Shown: positions 10,618-21,524, numbered from the stretch's first letter. The stretch is 64,000 nucleotides of DNA from Candidatus Binataceae bacterium (GCA_050736615.1 JBOHWL010000123.1:27384-91383), one strand, 5' to 3'. A program made the numbers and translations. Notes: generated from the letters alone by a model not told the origin.

Positions 10618-12434
10618 CCATAGAATTCATGGTCTTCGTTATAGCCGCCCTCGCCGGCGCCGAGATGGGAGAAATCTCTTACGAACTCGATAGCCTCAAT
10701 CCATTTGACTTGTTTGAAACCGAGTTCGTTTTCGCAGCGTAGCCGTAACGGAGCACCATACAGCACGCTGACCGGCGCTCCGTTCATTTCGTAAGCAAGC
10801 ATAGTCAGATGGTGGCGCATATTTTCAATTTTGTGGACATCATAGTAACGGCCCCCTTCCGAACCGTCTGCAAATGAGTAAAAGACCGCGTAGCGCGCTT
10901 CGGGTTGGGGCTTGACTAGCTCGAGAATGTAGCGCATTGGCACGCCGCCCCATTTTGCTACGCCGGACCATCCCTGGATGCAGAAGTGGGCGGTGATCTG
11001 CTCCTGCTTCGGCATCGCTTTTAACTCCGCGAATGAAAATATCCTTGGATTCGCTACGATCCCGTCGATGCGCAAGGTGTAATTCGCAAAATTATCTTGA
11101 ACGAGCGCATCGAATTCGCGGGAGTTCGGCATCGTGCCGTTGGGCCAGAAATGCGGAGAAATATCGGCTTCGGTGAACTGATTATTTGGATCCCACCATT
11201 CTGACAAACCCTTTATCCAACCAATCAGGAATTGCCCGGTTTTCTGCACCAGCCTTGCATGCCGCAGCGTTAGCGGTGTCGCGATGACCCACATCACGAT
11301 CACCAACGCCATCGCGACTCCTATGATTATGAAACCGAGGTAGCCGTTGTTGTTCACGCCGGCGAACATATTATTCGCGTTCTGCCGCAATCCGGTGATG
11401 AGAATCATCGTGACATGCACGAAGATGAAGAAGACAAACCAGCAGAACACGATGAAGTGAATCGAGCGCGCCACCTGGCGGTGGACAACCCTGCCGAACC
11501 AGCCGAGCCGGTTCGAGATCGCGGGGGATTGCATCAGGCCGGTGGTGATTGCGAGCGGTGCCGCAATGAACACGGTTACAAAATAAGAAAGCAATTGCAG
11601 GCTGTTGTAACGAACCCAGCTGTCGTTAACCGGAAATGCCAGCGACATGTACTGCAACGCGGTTGATAACGAATTGGGGATAACCCCCCATGTGCGCGGC
11701 ACCAGCCGCTGCCATTGATTGGTCGCGAACAGCATCACGTAAAACGCCACGCCGTTGATGACCCACAACATGTCACAGGAAAAATGCCACCATCGCGCCA
11801 AGCCGATCGAGTGACGAATGCCCGGAATGCCGAGCCATCCGGGCAAGGTGACGGCATCATCCTTCGCCGTCCAGATGCGATCCGTTGGAACCTCGCGTTG
11901 AAAGCGAAGCCATTCGGTGCCCGGTGTGCAATCACGGTTCCAATAAAGACGGGGGTGGTCGGCGAGGATTTGGATACCGGCCCGGAGAATCAGAAACATC
12001 AGGAATAGATTGAAAAAGTGCTCCAACCGCAACCACAGCGGGAAACCGGAGTAAGCAATCGGTACCGCGGTCTGACCCGGATAACGGACCAGAAACTCCT
12101 TGACTGCGGGGATTTGCCGCACCTCTTGCGCGACCGGAACTCCGATCGCAAGGAACGCGATACCGATGGGGATGAACCACGCTAGATTGAACCAACGTTT
12201 GCCCAACCGGACCCGCGGCATGACACCCCAGTGCTGCGGTACCCAATGGGTTAGAAGCACCCGGTCATCCGCGTGCGTGAGTTGCTCCTCAAGTGGTTCC
12301 AGGCGCTCGTCGGCATGTTCCATCGCTTCGATGATCGATCCGTACCGGCGTCGATGCAACTTTTCATCGCGCTCCCGGTAGCAGCGTAAAGCGCAAGACG
12401 GATAGGTGAAGTGTTCGTCAGCGAATGTCCGCAA
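10599..12434 (-). CDS. Fusion protein: N-terminal multi-pass membrane (cytochrome b-like, His-rich TM helices) domain plus C-terminal molybdopterin-dependent oxidoreductase (sulfite oxidase/MsrP-like) domain
   Basis: C-terminal AHFCIQGWSGVAKWGGVPMRYILELV...LAYEMNGAPVSVLYGAPLRLRCENELGFKQVKWIEAIEFV is the MsrP/YedY-type Mo domain. The N-terminal roughly 400 aa are hydrophobic helices. Confidence 0.7.
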   Translation of the reverse strand: MRTFADEHFTYPSCALRCYRERDEKLHRRRYGSIIEAMEHADERLEPLEEQLTHADDRVLLTHWVPQHWGVMPRVRLGKRWFNLAWFIPIGIAFLAIGVPVAQEVRQIPAVKEFLVRYPGQTAVPIAYSGFPLWLRLEHFFNLFLMFLILRAGIQILADHPRLYWNRDCTPGTEWLRFQREVPTDRIWTAKDDAVTLPGWLGIPGIRHSIGLARWWHFSCDMLWVINGVAFYVMLFATNQWQRLVPRTWGVIPNSLSTALQYMSLAFPVNDSWVRYNSLQLLSYFVTVFIAAPLAITTGLMQSPAISNRLGWFGRVVHRQVARSIHFIVFCWFVFFIFVHVTMILITGLRQNANNMFAGVNNNGYLGFIIIGVAMALVIVMWVIATPLTLRHARLVQKTGQFLIGWIKGLSEWWDPNNQFTEADISPHFWPNGTMPNSREFDALVQDNFANYTLRIDGIVANPRIFSFAELKAMPKQEQITAHFCIQGWSGVAKWGGVPMRYILELVKPQPEARYAVFYSFADGSEGGRYYDVHKIENMRHHLTMLAYEMNGAPVSVLYGAPLRLRCENELGFKQVKWIEAIEFVRDFSHLGAGEGGYNEDHEFYGYRMPI

Positions 12435-12629
12435 GTCTGAGTGATGGAAGAGCGTTGAAGCGGACTTTTGATTTTCGGCGGTAATGATAGCGGGCCGTGC
12501 TCATAGCGGAGCGAAACGTGCTATGTCGTTTTCTGCATAACTCGTCCGCCAGCGATTGCTTGCGCGGCTCGGGCCACGGCCAAACTCGGCGACCCAGCGC
12601 ACGACCGCCCGAGGCAGGAGTATCGAGCG

Positions 12630-14477
12630 ATGACCAACAATGAACGGCAAGGATCAGCCCATACTTACGACGTCATAGTCGAGCGAGACGTGATGGTCGC
12701 GGTGCGCGACGGGGTGCGGCTGGCCACTGATGTCTATCGTCCGTCGCTCGCCGGCGCGGCCGTGGCAGCCCGTTTTCCAGCTATCATCGAGCGCACTCCG
12801 TACGATAAAGACTCGCCGCGTTTTGTCCTTCATGCGCGCTTCTTCGCGCAACATGGTTATGTCGTCCTGATGCAGGACGTGCGCGGGCGCGGAAAGTCCG
12901 GCGGGGAATGGCATGCGTTCGCGCGCGAGGCCCCCGACGGCTACGACACGATTGAATGGGCCGCCGCGCAGCCGTGGTGTACCGGCAAGATTGGCACAAT
13001 AGGCACCTCGTACATGGCGGCGGTGCAGAGCGCCGCGGCCACACTTAACCCGCCCCATCTGGCGGCAATGTTCGTCACCGAGGGGCCGTCGGATTATTAC
13101 TCGTGCTCGATGCGCCATAATGGCGCGCTCGAACAGCGCTTCCTCATCTATGCCTTCCACATGGCGGTGAGCAGCCCGGAGGCGCGCGCCGACCCGGCCC
13201 TGCGATTGGCGCTGCGGGAGGCGCGCGACAACCTCGGGCAATGGCTCAAGCGTCTGCCGCTCAAACCGGGCGCCTCGCCTCTGCGCCTGCTGCCGAATTA
13301 CGAGCGGTGGGCGCTGGATCTCCAATCGCGCGCTACTTATGACGAATATTGGACTCAACGTGGCTACGCGATTCATGAATATTATGACGAGCACGCCGAC
13401 GTGCCGACGGTCTATTTCGGCTCATGGTACGACTCGTACGCGCGCGCGACCGTAGAAAATTTCATCGCACTCAGTCGTCGTAAACGCAGTCCGCAGCGGT
13501 TAATCATGGGGCCGTGGCTTCATGGCGTGCGGGCCGATGATGACGGCGCCGGCGAGGTTTACTTCGGACCGGCCGCGCTCGAAAATTACGACAGCCTCCG
13601 CCTGCGATGGTTCGATCAATGGTTGAAAGGATTGGAGACTGGTGTGGCGTTGGAGACACCCGTGCGCATCTTTGTCATGGGCGGCGGCGGCGGCCGCAAA
13701 TTCGTCGACGTGCTGGGCCTCAATGGCCGCCTGGAGCACGGCGGCGATTGGCGCGACGAAAAGGAATGGCCGCTGGCACGCGCCCGCGATACTCCGTTTT
13801 ATTTGCATCAGGACGGTGCCCTCGCCATCAATAAGCCAACCGTTGCGGCAAGCGTGACGACCTATCGCTTCGACCCGCGCGAGCCGGTGCCGACGATCGG
13901 CGGATGTATTTCGGTGGGATTCGAGTTCATGCCGGCGGGTGGCTTCGATCAACGCACGCGTCCGGCCACCTTTGGGACTGACGAATCATTGCCGCTGGCC
14001 GCGCGTCCGGACGTGCCGACGTTCATAAGCGAGCCGCTTCAGCACGACGTCGAAGTGACCGGCACTATCACTGTAAATCTGTGGATATCATCTTCGGCCA
14101 CCGATACGGACTTTACCGCCAAGCTTATCGACGTATACCCGCCGAATGCGGATTATCCCGGCGGCTACGCGCTCAATTTGACCGATTCGATCATTCGTGC
14201 GCGTTATCGGAATTCCTATTCAAAACCGGAGTTGATGAGGCCGGGAGAAATCTATCAGCTCAGTTTTCAGCTCTATCCAATCAGCAACCGCTTCATGAGC
14301 GGGCATCGGCTGCGCGTGGATATTTCTTCGTCGAACTTTCCCCGCTTCGACGTGAATTTGAACAACGGTGGGCCACTGGGAGTCCCCGGCCCGATCGTGA
14401 TCGCCGACAACACTATTCATCATGACGCCGCCCATCCGTCGCATCTGCTGATGCCGGTGATTGCCACATCTGGCTGA
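12630..14477 (+). CDS. CocE/NonD family hydrolase (S15 X-Pro dipeptidyl-peptidase-like)
   Basis: VRDGVRLATDVYRP, ERTPYDKD, GYVVLMQDVRGRGKSGGEW, GTSYMA nucleophile motif, C-terminal beta-sandwich. Confidence 0.85.
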   Translation: MTNNERQGSAHTYDVIVERDVMVAVRDGVRLATDVYRPSLAGAAVAARFPAIIERTPYDKDSPRFVLHARFFAQHGYVVLMQDVRGRGKSGGEWHAFAREAPDGYDTIEWAAAQPWCTGKIGTIGTSYMAAVQSAAATLNPPHLAAMFVTEGPSDYYSCSMRHNGALEQRFLIYAFHMAVSSPEARADPALRLALREARDNLGQWLKRLPLKPGASPLRLLPNYERWALDLQSRATYDEYWTQRGYAIHEYYDEHADVPTVYFGSWYDSYARATVENFIALSRRKRSPQRLIMGPWLHGVRADDDGAGEVYFGPAALENYDSLRLRWFDQWLKGLETGVALETPVRIFVMGGGGGRKFVDVLGLNGRLEHGGDWRDEKEWPLARARDTPFYLHQDGALAINKPTVAASVTTYRFDPREPVPTIGGCISVGFEFMPAGGFDQRTRPATFGTDESLPLAARPDVPTFISEPLQHDVEVTGTITVNLWISSSATDTDFTAKLIDVYPPNADYPGGYALNLTDSIIRARYRNSYSKPELMRPGEIYQLSFQLYPISNRFMSGHRLRVDISSSNFPRFDVNLNNGGPLGVPGPIVIADNTIHHDAAHPSHLLMPVIATSG

Positions 14478-14645
14478 TTCACATCGCCGGCGATCGACCG
14501 CATTAGCGTAAAGCCATTCTTTAGCATCGGACAGCAGATGGCTGGCGTTCTGGTCCCAATTGTCCAACGAGTCGCGTGCTTTACAACGGTCGTGGATGCG
14601 CGCTAATGCGGATGAAGCATCGCCGGTCGAATTTCGGGGAGCAGC

Positions 14646-16247
14646 ATGATGGGAAATCGCAGCCGCTATTCCGATCAGGGCGGGATCAGGGTTGCCGCCG
14701 GATGGACACTGAGCCGACTGACCCCGCCGAGCACCTTGTTCGGCGCCAACGGCATGCGCTTCGGACCTGACGGCCGCCTGTATGTCGCGCAGGCTTTCGG
14801 CAGTCAGGTTAGCGCGGTGGATATCGGCAGCGGGGCGGTCAGCACGGTCAGTCCAATCGGCGGCGAGATAGTCGCCCCGGATGACCTCGCCTTCGACTCT
14901 CGCGGCGTACTGTACGCGACCGAGGTGATGAGTGCGCGGGTATGCGCCCGCTCGCCCAACGGCGCGTTGCGCATCATCGCCGACCAAGTGCCCGGCGCCA
15001 ACGGCATCACCGCGTATCAGGAGCGCCTGTTCATGGATGAATGCCGTCCCGACGGCCGCCTCTTCGAACTGTTTATAGACGGCCGCGCACCGCGCCTGTT
15101 GGCGGAAAATCTGCCCTTGCCCAACGCGTTGGCAGTTGGCCCCGACGGCAATATCTACTTTCCCGCGATCGGCGCCAACGAAATCTGGCGCGTGCCATTG
15201 TCCGGCGGCCGCCCCGAGCGCTTTACGAATCAAGTCGCGATCCCGACGGCGGTGAAATTCAACAGCAAGGGCGAGCTACTTTCCACCCAAGGCCGCAGCG
15301 GAGAAATTCTGCGCTTCGATTTGCAAAGCGGCAATTGTACCGTGGCCGCGACGATGCGTGCGGGTATCGATAATTTCGTCCTGACCGGCGATGACCGTAT
15401 GTTCGTCTCACATTTCGTTGACGGCGGCGTCGCCGAAATCATGGCGGATGGACGCGAGCGGGTGCTGGTCGCGCAAGGCTTTCTTGGTCCACTGGATATC
15501 GAAATAGCTGGCGATGGGCGGCTCTACGCGGCTGACGGTATCAGTATGGCGGTGGTGGAGCGCGACGGCGCCTCACGCCGGGTCGGTATGCTGTTCGACG
15601 GCCACTTCCCTGGCTTCGTGCGCGGACTGGCGGCTGCGAGTTATGGCGCGCTGGTCACCACTACTTCCGCCGGTGCGGTTGTCACCTACCATCCGGTCAC
15701 TCATGAAATGACGGAGCATGCCGCCGATTTGCAGGAGCTGTATGGCGTTGCAGTGGCGCCCAGCGGCGCGATCGTGGTGGCCGAGGGAGGCGCTGGACGC
15801 GTGCTGCAAATCGACCGCGCCGAGGTCAGTGTGCTCGCGCGCGGCCTTGACCGCCCCACTGGTATCGCCAGCGGCGGCGATGGTTCATGTTATGTCTGCG
15901 AAGCTGGCGCGGGGCGTGTCGTCGAGGTTAACGACGGCGTTAACCCCGTACTGGGGGGGTTGCGTGAGCCGCAAGGATTATTGCGCGTAGGCGATGAACT
16001 GTTCGTGATCGACGCGGGTGCGCACGAGCTCATCGTATTTTCTTTGCGCAGCAGGCAGCGCGAAATCGTCGCTTCCAATTTGCCCGTGGGCGCGCCTCCT
16101 GGCGTGACGCCCAAAACCCTGATGGGTATTGCGGGACTGCTGCCCGGCCCGCTGCGTCCGTTCGCCGGCCTTACGCGCGCGCCTGACGGTACCATCTACG
16201 TTGCCGCTGACGGCGACGGCAGCGTATTGTCTGTGCGCCGCGCTTAA
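14646..16247 (+). CDS. SMP-30/gluconolactonase/LRE-like beta-propeller protein (two propeller halves)
   Basis: Repeated P(D)G/LYV(A)/GANGI blade-like segments (RFGPDGRLYVAQ, FDSRGVLYATE, GPDGNIYFPA, APDGTIYVAADGDG). Confidence 0.55.
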   Translation: MMGNRSRYSDQGGIRVAAGWTLSRLTPPSTLFGANGMRFGPDGRLYVAQAFGSQVSAVDIGSGAVSTVSPIGGEIVAPDDLAFDSRGVLYATEVMSARVCARSPNGALRIIADQVPGANGITAYQERLFMDECRPDGRLFELFIDGRAPRLLAENLPLPNALAVGPDGNIYFPAIGANEIWRVPLSGGRPERFTNQVAIPTAVKFNSKGELLSTQGRSGEILRFDLQSGNCTVAATMRAGIDNFVLTGDDRMFVSHFVDGGVAEIMADGRERVLVAQGFLGPLDIEIAGDGRLYAADGISMAVVERDGASRRVGMLFDGHFPGFVRGLAAASYGALVTTTSAGAVVTYHPVTHEMTEHAADLQELYGVAVAPSGAIVVAEGGAGRVLQIDRAEVSVLARGLDRPTGIASGGDGSCYVCEAGAGRVVEVNDGVNPVLGGLREPQGLLRVGDELFVIDAGAHELIVFSLRSRQREIVASNLPVGAPPGVTPKTLMGIAGLLPGPLRPFAGLTRAPDGTIYVAADGDGSVLSVRRA

Positions 16248-16307
16248 CGAGTGACAATAACTGGCCGCGTCCTTGGCGAGGTTCATACGAGTCGACAAAT
16301 TGCAAAA

Positions 16308-16841
16308 CTATCGCGGATTCGAGGCTTCAATAGAATAATCGAAAAAGGCCCGTTTCACCCCTGCTTGGCGCTCAAGTGCCATATTCAGAATCACCATAGC
16401 TTCAGCAATAAGACGATCATCCCGGTCTGGATTGCCGACCGGTAAAGGGCCACTGGGGAATTTCCCGCCATGAAATAGATTGTTCCGAAGCCGGCCAACC
16501 GCGAGAAACAAGTCGCTTACTGTCTCTATAGCGTTCTCCTTTTTCCAAGCAAGGCGATTCTCCTTCGATACTTGGGTCTTTGGCGGCGTGTGTAGAAAAG
16601 TATCCATTTTTCCCGAGTTCCGCATTTCGTTTAGAAATGCCGGCCCAAGACATCTAGCGAACGCCTTCCAATCAGGACTCGCCAGATACAAGTTCTTGGC
16701 GTTTTGTTGGGGCGCACTCCACCGCGCGGATTTGAGAAAACCGCCGCGTTTCAGAGCGTACTCGAAACGAGAGAAAAACACGAAGAACTCAATTCCCTTA
16801 GCTGGTAAATAATTGATCAAATCATCTATTGACGTTCCCAT
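16308..16841 (-). CDS. Hypothetical protein with HEPN-like R-x4-H-G motif (RNNLFHGG) in a low-GC islet; candidate solo HEPN RNase/abortive-infection-type protein
   Basis: 177-aa ORF in a clearly AT-richer segment (about 16260-17040). GRLRNNLFHGGKF fits the HEPN R-x4-6-H motif (RiboL-PSP/DUF4145-like R-N-x-x-x-H-G). No partner ORF is adjacent. Confidence 0.4.
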   Translation of the reverse strand: MGTSIDDLINYLPAKGIEFFVFFSRFEYALKRGGFLKSARWSAPQQNAKNLYLASPDWKAFARCLGPAFLNEMRNSGKMDTFLHTPPKTQVSKENRLAWKKENAIETVSDLFLAVGRLRNNLFHGGKFPSGPLPVGNPDRDDRLIAEAMVILNMALERQAGVKRAFFDYSIEASNPR

Positions 16842-17098
16842 ATCTGATCCGATCTTTTAAGATTTCTGGCAGCTAATTTCAATCGTTGCGAGTAGCTGGG
16901 CGTGCCCGCAGCATGTTAAGCTTCCAAAAACGCGATTAAATCTCGAAACCTTTGATCCTGTCTCCTCGGACCGCCACCCCAGGACCGATGTCCCAGCCTA
17001 CCTAAGACGTGAGTTCATCGACCGTAGGTACCCTCAAAAGGTGGGTGGTGAGCCAACCTTCCGCATGGATTCGCGCTTGGTGCGTCCGCTAGCGACCA

Positions 17099-17386
17099 CT
17101 AATGACGGTCGTGGTCAGCGTGATGCTCGTCTCCTCCTTCATGGTGGCGTTCGGCGTGTTCATGGTCATCGCGGTCTCGTCGTGGGGCTCGCGTTTCATG
17201 ATCGTGATCATAATGGCCGTAATAGACTGGTGGTCCGGGCGCGTAGGCATAAAACGGATATTCATAGCCTGACGCCGGATAACCATACCCTGGTCCAGCG
17301 TAGCGGTCTTCGAAACAGCCTTGCAGCGCCGCCGTTGTGAGCACGATCATCAAAGCCACCAGGACCGCAAGGATTTTAGACTTCAT
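17099..17386 (-). CDS. Small lipoprotein with Gly/Tyr/Pro-rich middle and His/Asp/Glu-rich C-terminal tail (putative metal-binding)
   Basis: MKSKILAVLVALMIVLTTAALQGC is a signal peptide plus lipobox. The C-terminus is HYDHDHETRAPRRDRDDHEHAERHHEGGDEHHADHDRH. Start at the internal ATG 17386. Confidence 0.5.
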   Translation of the reverse strand: MKSKILAVLVALMIVLTTAALQGCFEDRYAGPGYGYPASGYEYPFYAYAPGPPVYYGHYDHDHETRAPRRDRDDHEHAERHHEGGDEHHADHDRH

Positions 17387-17675
17387 AGGATATGCACCTC
17401 GCACAGAAGAGGAGCATCGCCCGTACCGTCCAGGAAAACGTGGCAAAACCAAATCGGAGATGCTGACGCGGTGAAAAACGTCAATCGCGAGATTGCTCCG
17501 ACTTCGGAGATGGTGCGCCGATTTGACATTTTGCGCGCCCGCCTGAATGTCTGTTAATCTGAAGGACGCCAATTAACCGCTCGGCGCGACCCTTCCATGA
17601 TAAACTTTACACGCGCTGAAGCCTCTGGTAGCCTTGCCGTTTGAATCAAAAAACAAGGGAAAATACGTAGACCTG

Positions 17676-17945
17676 ATGCCCCTCGAGGTTGCCCGCAAAC
17701 GGGAAATCATCACGACGTTCGCCAACTCGGCGAATGATAGCGGTTCATCCGAAGTTCAGATTGCGCTGTTCAGCGCGCGTATCGAGCAACTGACCGCGCA
17801 TCTCAAGACTCACGCGAAAGACCATCATTCGCGTCGTGGGCTGTTGCGTCTGGTTGGCAAACGGCGGCGCTTGCTGGACTATCTGCATGGGCAGGACTTC
17901 GACCGCTACAAAGGGCTGATTGAAAAGCTGGGCATCCGCAGATAG
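17676..17945 (+). CDS. rpsO: 30S ribosomal protein S15
   Basis: [70 protein letters not shown] is S15 at about 89 aa. The upstream extension of ORF 17634 is rejected. Confidence 0.92.
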   Translation: MPLEVARKREIITTFANSANDSGSSEVQIALFSARIEQLTAHLKTHAKDHHSRRGLLRLVGKRRRLLDYLHGQDFDRYKGLIEKLGIRR

Positions 17946-18070
17946 GCCGGACTCGCTCGACCCTTTCGCGCCGTGTGCTCGCCGGGTTCAGCAGGCGCAT
18001 CAAGACCAAGGCTCCGCGGCTCTCGCGCACACGCAGCCGAGCCTTCCCCTCTTCTTTCAGGTGTAAAGCA

Positions 18071-20167
18071 ATGTATCGAAAGCTAGAGATTCAGTTTGCC
18101 GGCCGTCCTTTGTCGTTGGAGACCGGGCGGCTGGCCAAACAGGCGCATGGCGCGGTGCTCGCGCAATATGGCGAGACGGTGGTGCTGGCGACTGTGGTGT
18201 CGGCTTATCAAGGACGCGACAAGACTGATTTTCTGCCGTTGACGGTCGATTATCAGGAAAAGACCTTCGCCGCCGGCAAAATCCCCGGCGGTTTTTTTAA
18301 ACGCGAAGGCCGCCCTTCGGAAAAAGAAATCCTGACCTCGCGGCTTATCGACCGCACCATGCGGCCATTATTCCCGAAAGGTTATGACCGGGAAACGCAG
18401 ATCGTCGTGACCGTCTTGTCGGCCGATCGCGACAATGACTCTGATATGCTTTCGCTGATTGCCGCTTCGGCGGCGCTCGAGGTCTCGGATATCCCGCATA
18501 ACGGACCGGTCGCGGCGGTGCGAATGGGCCGGATCGACGGCCAGCTCGTGGTTAATCCTCGGCTCGGTGACCTTGAGCGCAGTGATATCTCCCTCGTGGT
18601 TGCGGCCAAGCCTGACGCGATCGTGATGCTCGAGGGGGGCGCCGAGATCGTCGAGGAGGAAGTGATCCTGGAGGCATTCTTTACGGCGCAAGAAGAGATG
18701 CGCCCGGTATTCGAGCTGCAGCAGGAGTTGCGCAACCTGGCGGGCAAGGCCAAGCGTGAGTTCGCGCCCAAGCAATATGACTCGCTGCTGCTGGCCGCAG
18801 TCAAGGAACGGATGGCGGCGGAACTTGAAGAAGCACTTCACATAAGTGGCAAGAAAGACCGCAGTGCCGCGCTCTATGCCCTTTCGGACCGCGTGGTCGA
18901 GGAGTTCGGACCGCGCTTTCCAGAGCGTTCACACGAAATCGCCGAGGCCTGCGAAAAGGTTTTGCGCGACCGGGTCCGCCGCGTGATTCTGGAGCAAGAC
19001 CGGCGTATCGACGACCGCACGTCAACCGAAATTCGGCCATTGGAGGCGCAGGTGCAGATCCTGCCCCGTACTCATGGTTCGGCTTTGTTTACGCGCGGTG
19101 AGACGCAGGCGTTGGTCACCGTGACGCTGGGCACCTCGTCTGATGAGCAGAAGATCGATGGGTTGCTGGGCGAACGTTACAAAAAATTCATGCTTCACTA
19201 CAATTTTCCACCGTTTTCAACCGGTGAGGTGAAGTTCCTGCGGGGACCGGGCCGGCGTGAAATCGGCCATGGCGCGCTGGCCGAGCGCGCGCTGACTCCC
19301 GTATTGCCGCCCGAAGAGGATTTTCCATATACGGTCCGCGTCGTCTCGGAGGTACTCGAATCCAATGGCAGCTCCTCAATGGCGACCGTATGCGGTGGCA
19401 GCCTGGCTCTGATGGACGCGGGAGTGCCGATCAGAGCGGCGGTGGCGGGTATCGCGATGGGCTTGGTCAAGGAAGGGGAGCAGGTTCGCGTGCTGACCGA
19501 TATTCTCGGCGACGAGGATCATCTGGGCGACATGGATTTCAAAGTTGCCGGCACCACCGAAGGCGTCACCGCGATCCAGATGGATAACAAAGTCGGCGGC
19601 GTAACCCGTGACGTGATGCGCCAGGCGCTCCATCAGGCGCGCGATGCTCGATTATTCATTCTGGGCGTGATGCAACGGGCAATCGAAGCGCCGCGCGGGG
19701 AAGTCTCCGCCTACGCTCCGCGGATTGTCACGATGCATATTAAGCCGGACAAGATTCGCGATCTGATCGGACCGGGTGGCAAGGTGATTCGCGGGCTGGT
19801 TGAGGAAACCGGCTGCAAAATCGATATCGAAGACGATGGTACGGTCTTGATCGCTTCGTCCGACGGCGTCGCGATGGAAAAGGCGATTAGCGCGATCGAA
19901 GGCATCACTGCCGAACCCGAAGTTGGCCGCATCTATAAGGGCACGGTGCGCAAAATCGTGGAGTTTGGTGCGTTTGTTGAGATTTTGCCGGGCACCGATG
20001 GTCTGTTGCATATTTCGCAACTCGCCGAACATCGCGTGCGCCGCGTCGAGGACGTAGTGCATGAGGGTGATGAGATCATGGTGAAAGTGCTGGAGGTCGA
20101 TCGCGGCGGGAAAATTCGCTTGTCGTTGCGCGAGGCGCAGAACGAACTGGAACAGAAGGGCAAATAA
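18071..20167 (+). CDS. pnp: Polyribonucleotide nucleotidyltransferase (PNPase)
   Basis: Two RNase PH domains, KH ([16 protein letters not shown]) and S1 domains. Canonical rpsO-pnp linkage. Confidence 0.95.
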   Translation: MYRKLEIQFAGRPLSLETGRLAKQAHGAVLAQYGETVVLATVVSAYQGRDKTDFLPLTVDYQEKTFAAGKIPGGFFKREGRPSEKEILTSRLIDRTMRPLFPKGYDRETQIVVTVLSADRDNDSDMLSLIAASAALEVSDIPHNGPVAAVRMGRIDGQLVVNPRLGDLERSDISLVVAAKPDAIVMLEGGAEIVEEEVILEAFFTAQEEMRPVFELQQELRNLAGKAKREFAPKQYDSLLLAAVKERMAAELEEALHISGKKDRSAALYALSDRVVEEFGPRFPERSHEIAEACEKVLRDRVRRVILEQDRRIDDRTSTEIRPLEAQVQILPRTHGSALFTRGETQALVTVTLGTSSDEQKIDGLLGERYKKFMLHYNFPPFSTGEVKFLRGPGRREIGHGALAERALTPVLPPEEDFPYTVRVVSEVLESNGSSSMATVCGGSLALMDAGVPIRAAVAGIAMGLVKEGEQVRVLTDILGDEDHLGDMDFKVAGTTEGVTAIQMDNKVGGVTRDVMRQALHQARDARLFILGVMQRAIEAPRGEVSAYAPRIVTMHIKPDKIRDLIGPGGKVIRGLVEETGCKIDIEDDGTVLIASSDGVAMEKAISAIEGITAEPEVGRIYKGTVRKIVEFGAFVEILPGTDGLLHISQLAEHRVRRVEDVVHEGDEIMVKVLEVDRGGKIRLSLREAQNELEQKGK

Positions 20168-20176
20168 GTCAGCACC

Positions 20177-21439
20177 ATGATTCGCAAGAGCATCCTCCCC
20201 AATGGCGTGCGGGTCCTGACTGAAGCGATGCCGCAGGTGGTGTCTTCCACTATCGGGATATGGGTCGAAAACGGTTCTCGTTACGAAGAATCGGCACAAA
20301 GCGGAGTATCGCACTTTATCGAGCATCTGCTGTTCAAAGGCACGCGCAAACGCACCGCCGCACAGATTGCCGAGCAAATCGACGCGGTGGGCGGCGTGCT
20401 CAACGCCTTCACCGGCAAGGAATACACTTGCTATTACGTCAAGGTCCTGGGCGAGGATCTGCAAATGGCGACTGATTTGCTGGCCGACATTTTTCTCGAT
20501 TCCATTTTCGCCCAGGAAGAAATCGATCGTGAACGTCAAGTGGTACTTCAAGAAATCTCTCAGGCCGAGGATACCCCTGACGACTTCATTCACGACTTGT
20601 TCAATTTGAATTTCTGGCGTGGGCATCCGCTGGCGTTGCCGATCTTCGGCTCGGTCGATACCGTAAACGCGATCGGACGTGAAATGCTGGTGAGTTTCAT
20701 GGCTGACCGCTATCGCGCCGGCCGGGTGCTGATCGCGGCGGCTGGTATGGTGGACCATGAACGTCTGACGGACGATTGTGCCCGGCTGTTTGGCTCAATC
20801 GTCGGCGACGGCCGCCCGCAGCCGGTTACGCCACCGACCGAACGAGTGATGGTGCTCAACCACAGCAAGGCGCTCGAACAGGCCCACCTCTGCATTGGCG
20901 GACCCGGATTGAGCCAGTCCGATTCGTTGCGCTATGCCGGCTACGTACTGAATACCGCTTTGGGCGGCGGCATGTCCTCGAGGCTCTTCCAGGAAGTGCG
21001 CGAAAAGCGCGGCCGCGTTTATAGCATCTACTCATTCATGCCGGCGTTCCTCGATTGCGGCTACTTCGCCATCTACGCTGGCACCAATCCGGAATGGGTC
21101 GATGAAGTTATTGAAGTAACGCTTAAGGAAATCAAAAAGATCACGCGCGAAGGGCTTAAGCCTGACGAGTTGGCTCGCGCCAAGAGTCAGCTCAAAGGCA
21201 ACATGCTGCTGGGAATGGAATCGACCGAAAGCCGAATGAATCGATTGGCGCGCAACGAAATCTATTTCGGGCGGGAGATTCCGCTAGAGGAATTGGCTCG
21301 GGAAATCGAGCGGGTTTCCAATGACGAGGTCATGCAGTTGGCGGCCAGATGCTTTGCTCCGGCGCGGATGGGGTTGGTGCTGCTGGGAGATTTGAAGGGA
21401 CGTCAACTGGGGACCGAGGTATGGTCGGCGCTTAACTGA
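20177..21439 (+). CDS. M16 family zinc peptidase (insulinase-like)
   Basis: [11 protein letters not shown] is the inverted zinc-binding HxxEH motif. 420 aa. Immediately downstream of pnp, as commonly seen. Confidence 0.85.
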   Translation: MIRKSILPNGVRVLTEAMPQVVSSTIGIWVENGSRYEESAQSGVSHFIEHLLFKGTRKRTAAQIAEQIDAVGGVLNAFTGKEYTCYYVKVLGEDLQMATDLLADIFLDSIFAQEEIDRERQVVLQEISQAEDTPDDFIHDLFNLNFWRGHPLALPIFGSVDTVNAIGREMLVSFMADRYRAGRVLIAAAGMVDHERLTDDCARLFGSIVGDGRPQPVTPPTERVMVLNHSKALEQAHLCIGGPGLSQSDSLRYAGYVLNTALGGGMSSRLFQEVREKRGRVYSIYSFMPAFLDCGYFAIYAGTNPEWVDEVIEVTLKEIKKITREGLKPDELARAKSQLKGNMLLGMESTESRMNRLARNEIYFGREIPLEELAREIERVSNDEVMQLAARCFAPARMGLVLLGDLKGRQLGTEVWSALN

Positions 21440-21524
21440 ATCTCACGCGATGCTTCAATATCGGTGCGCGGTCGGTCCATATCCGCGCCCGGCTCTTTGA
21501 CCCGCGAAATCTTCAGATCAACAA

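Noticed and set aside
12654-15233. Long minus-strand ORFs (12654-13394, 14220-15233) inside CocE hydrolase and beta-propeller genes
   Set aside because: They overlap well-supported plus-strand genes. They are high-GC antisense artefacts.
17946-18070. Possible pnp leader/RNase III hairpin in the rpsO-pnp spacer
   Set aside because: Expected from E. coli knowledge. A convincing long stem could not be verified by eye here, so it is not called.
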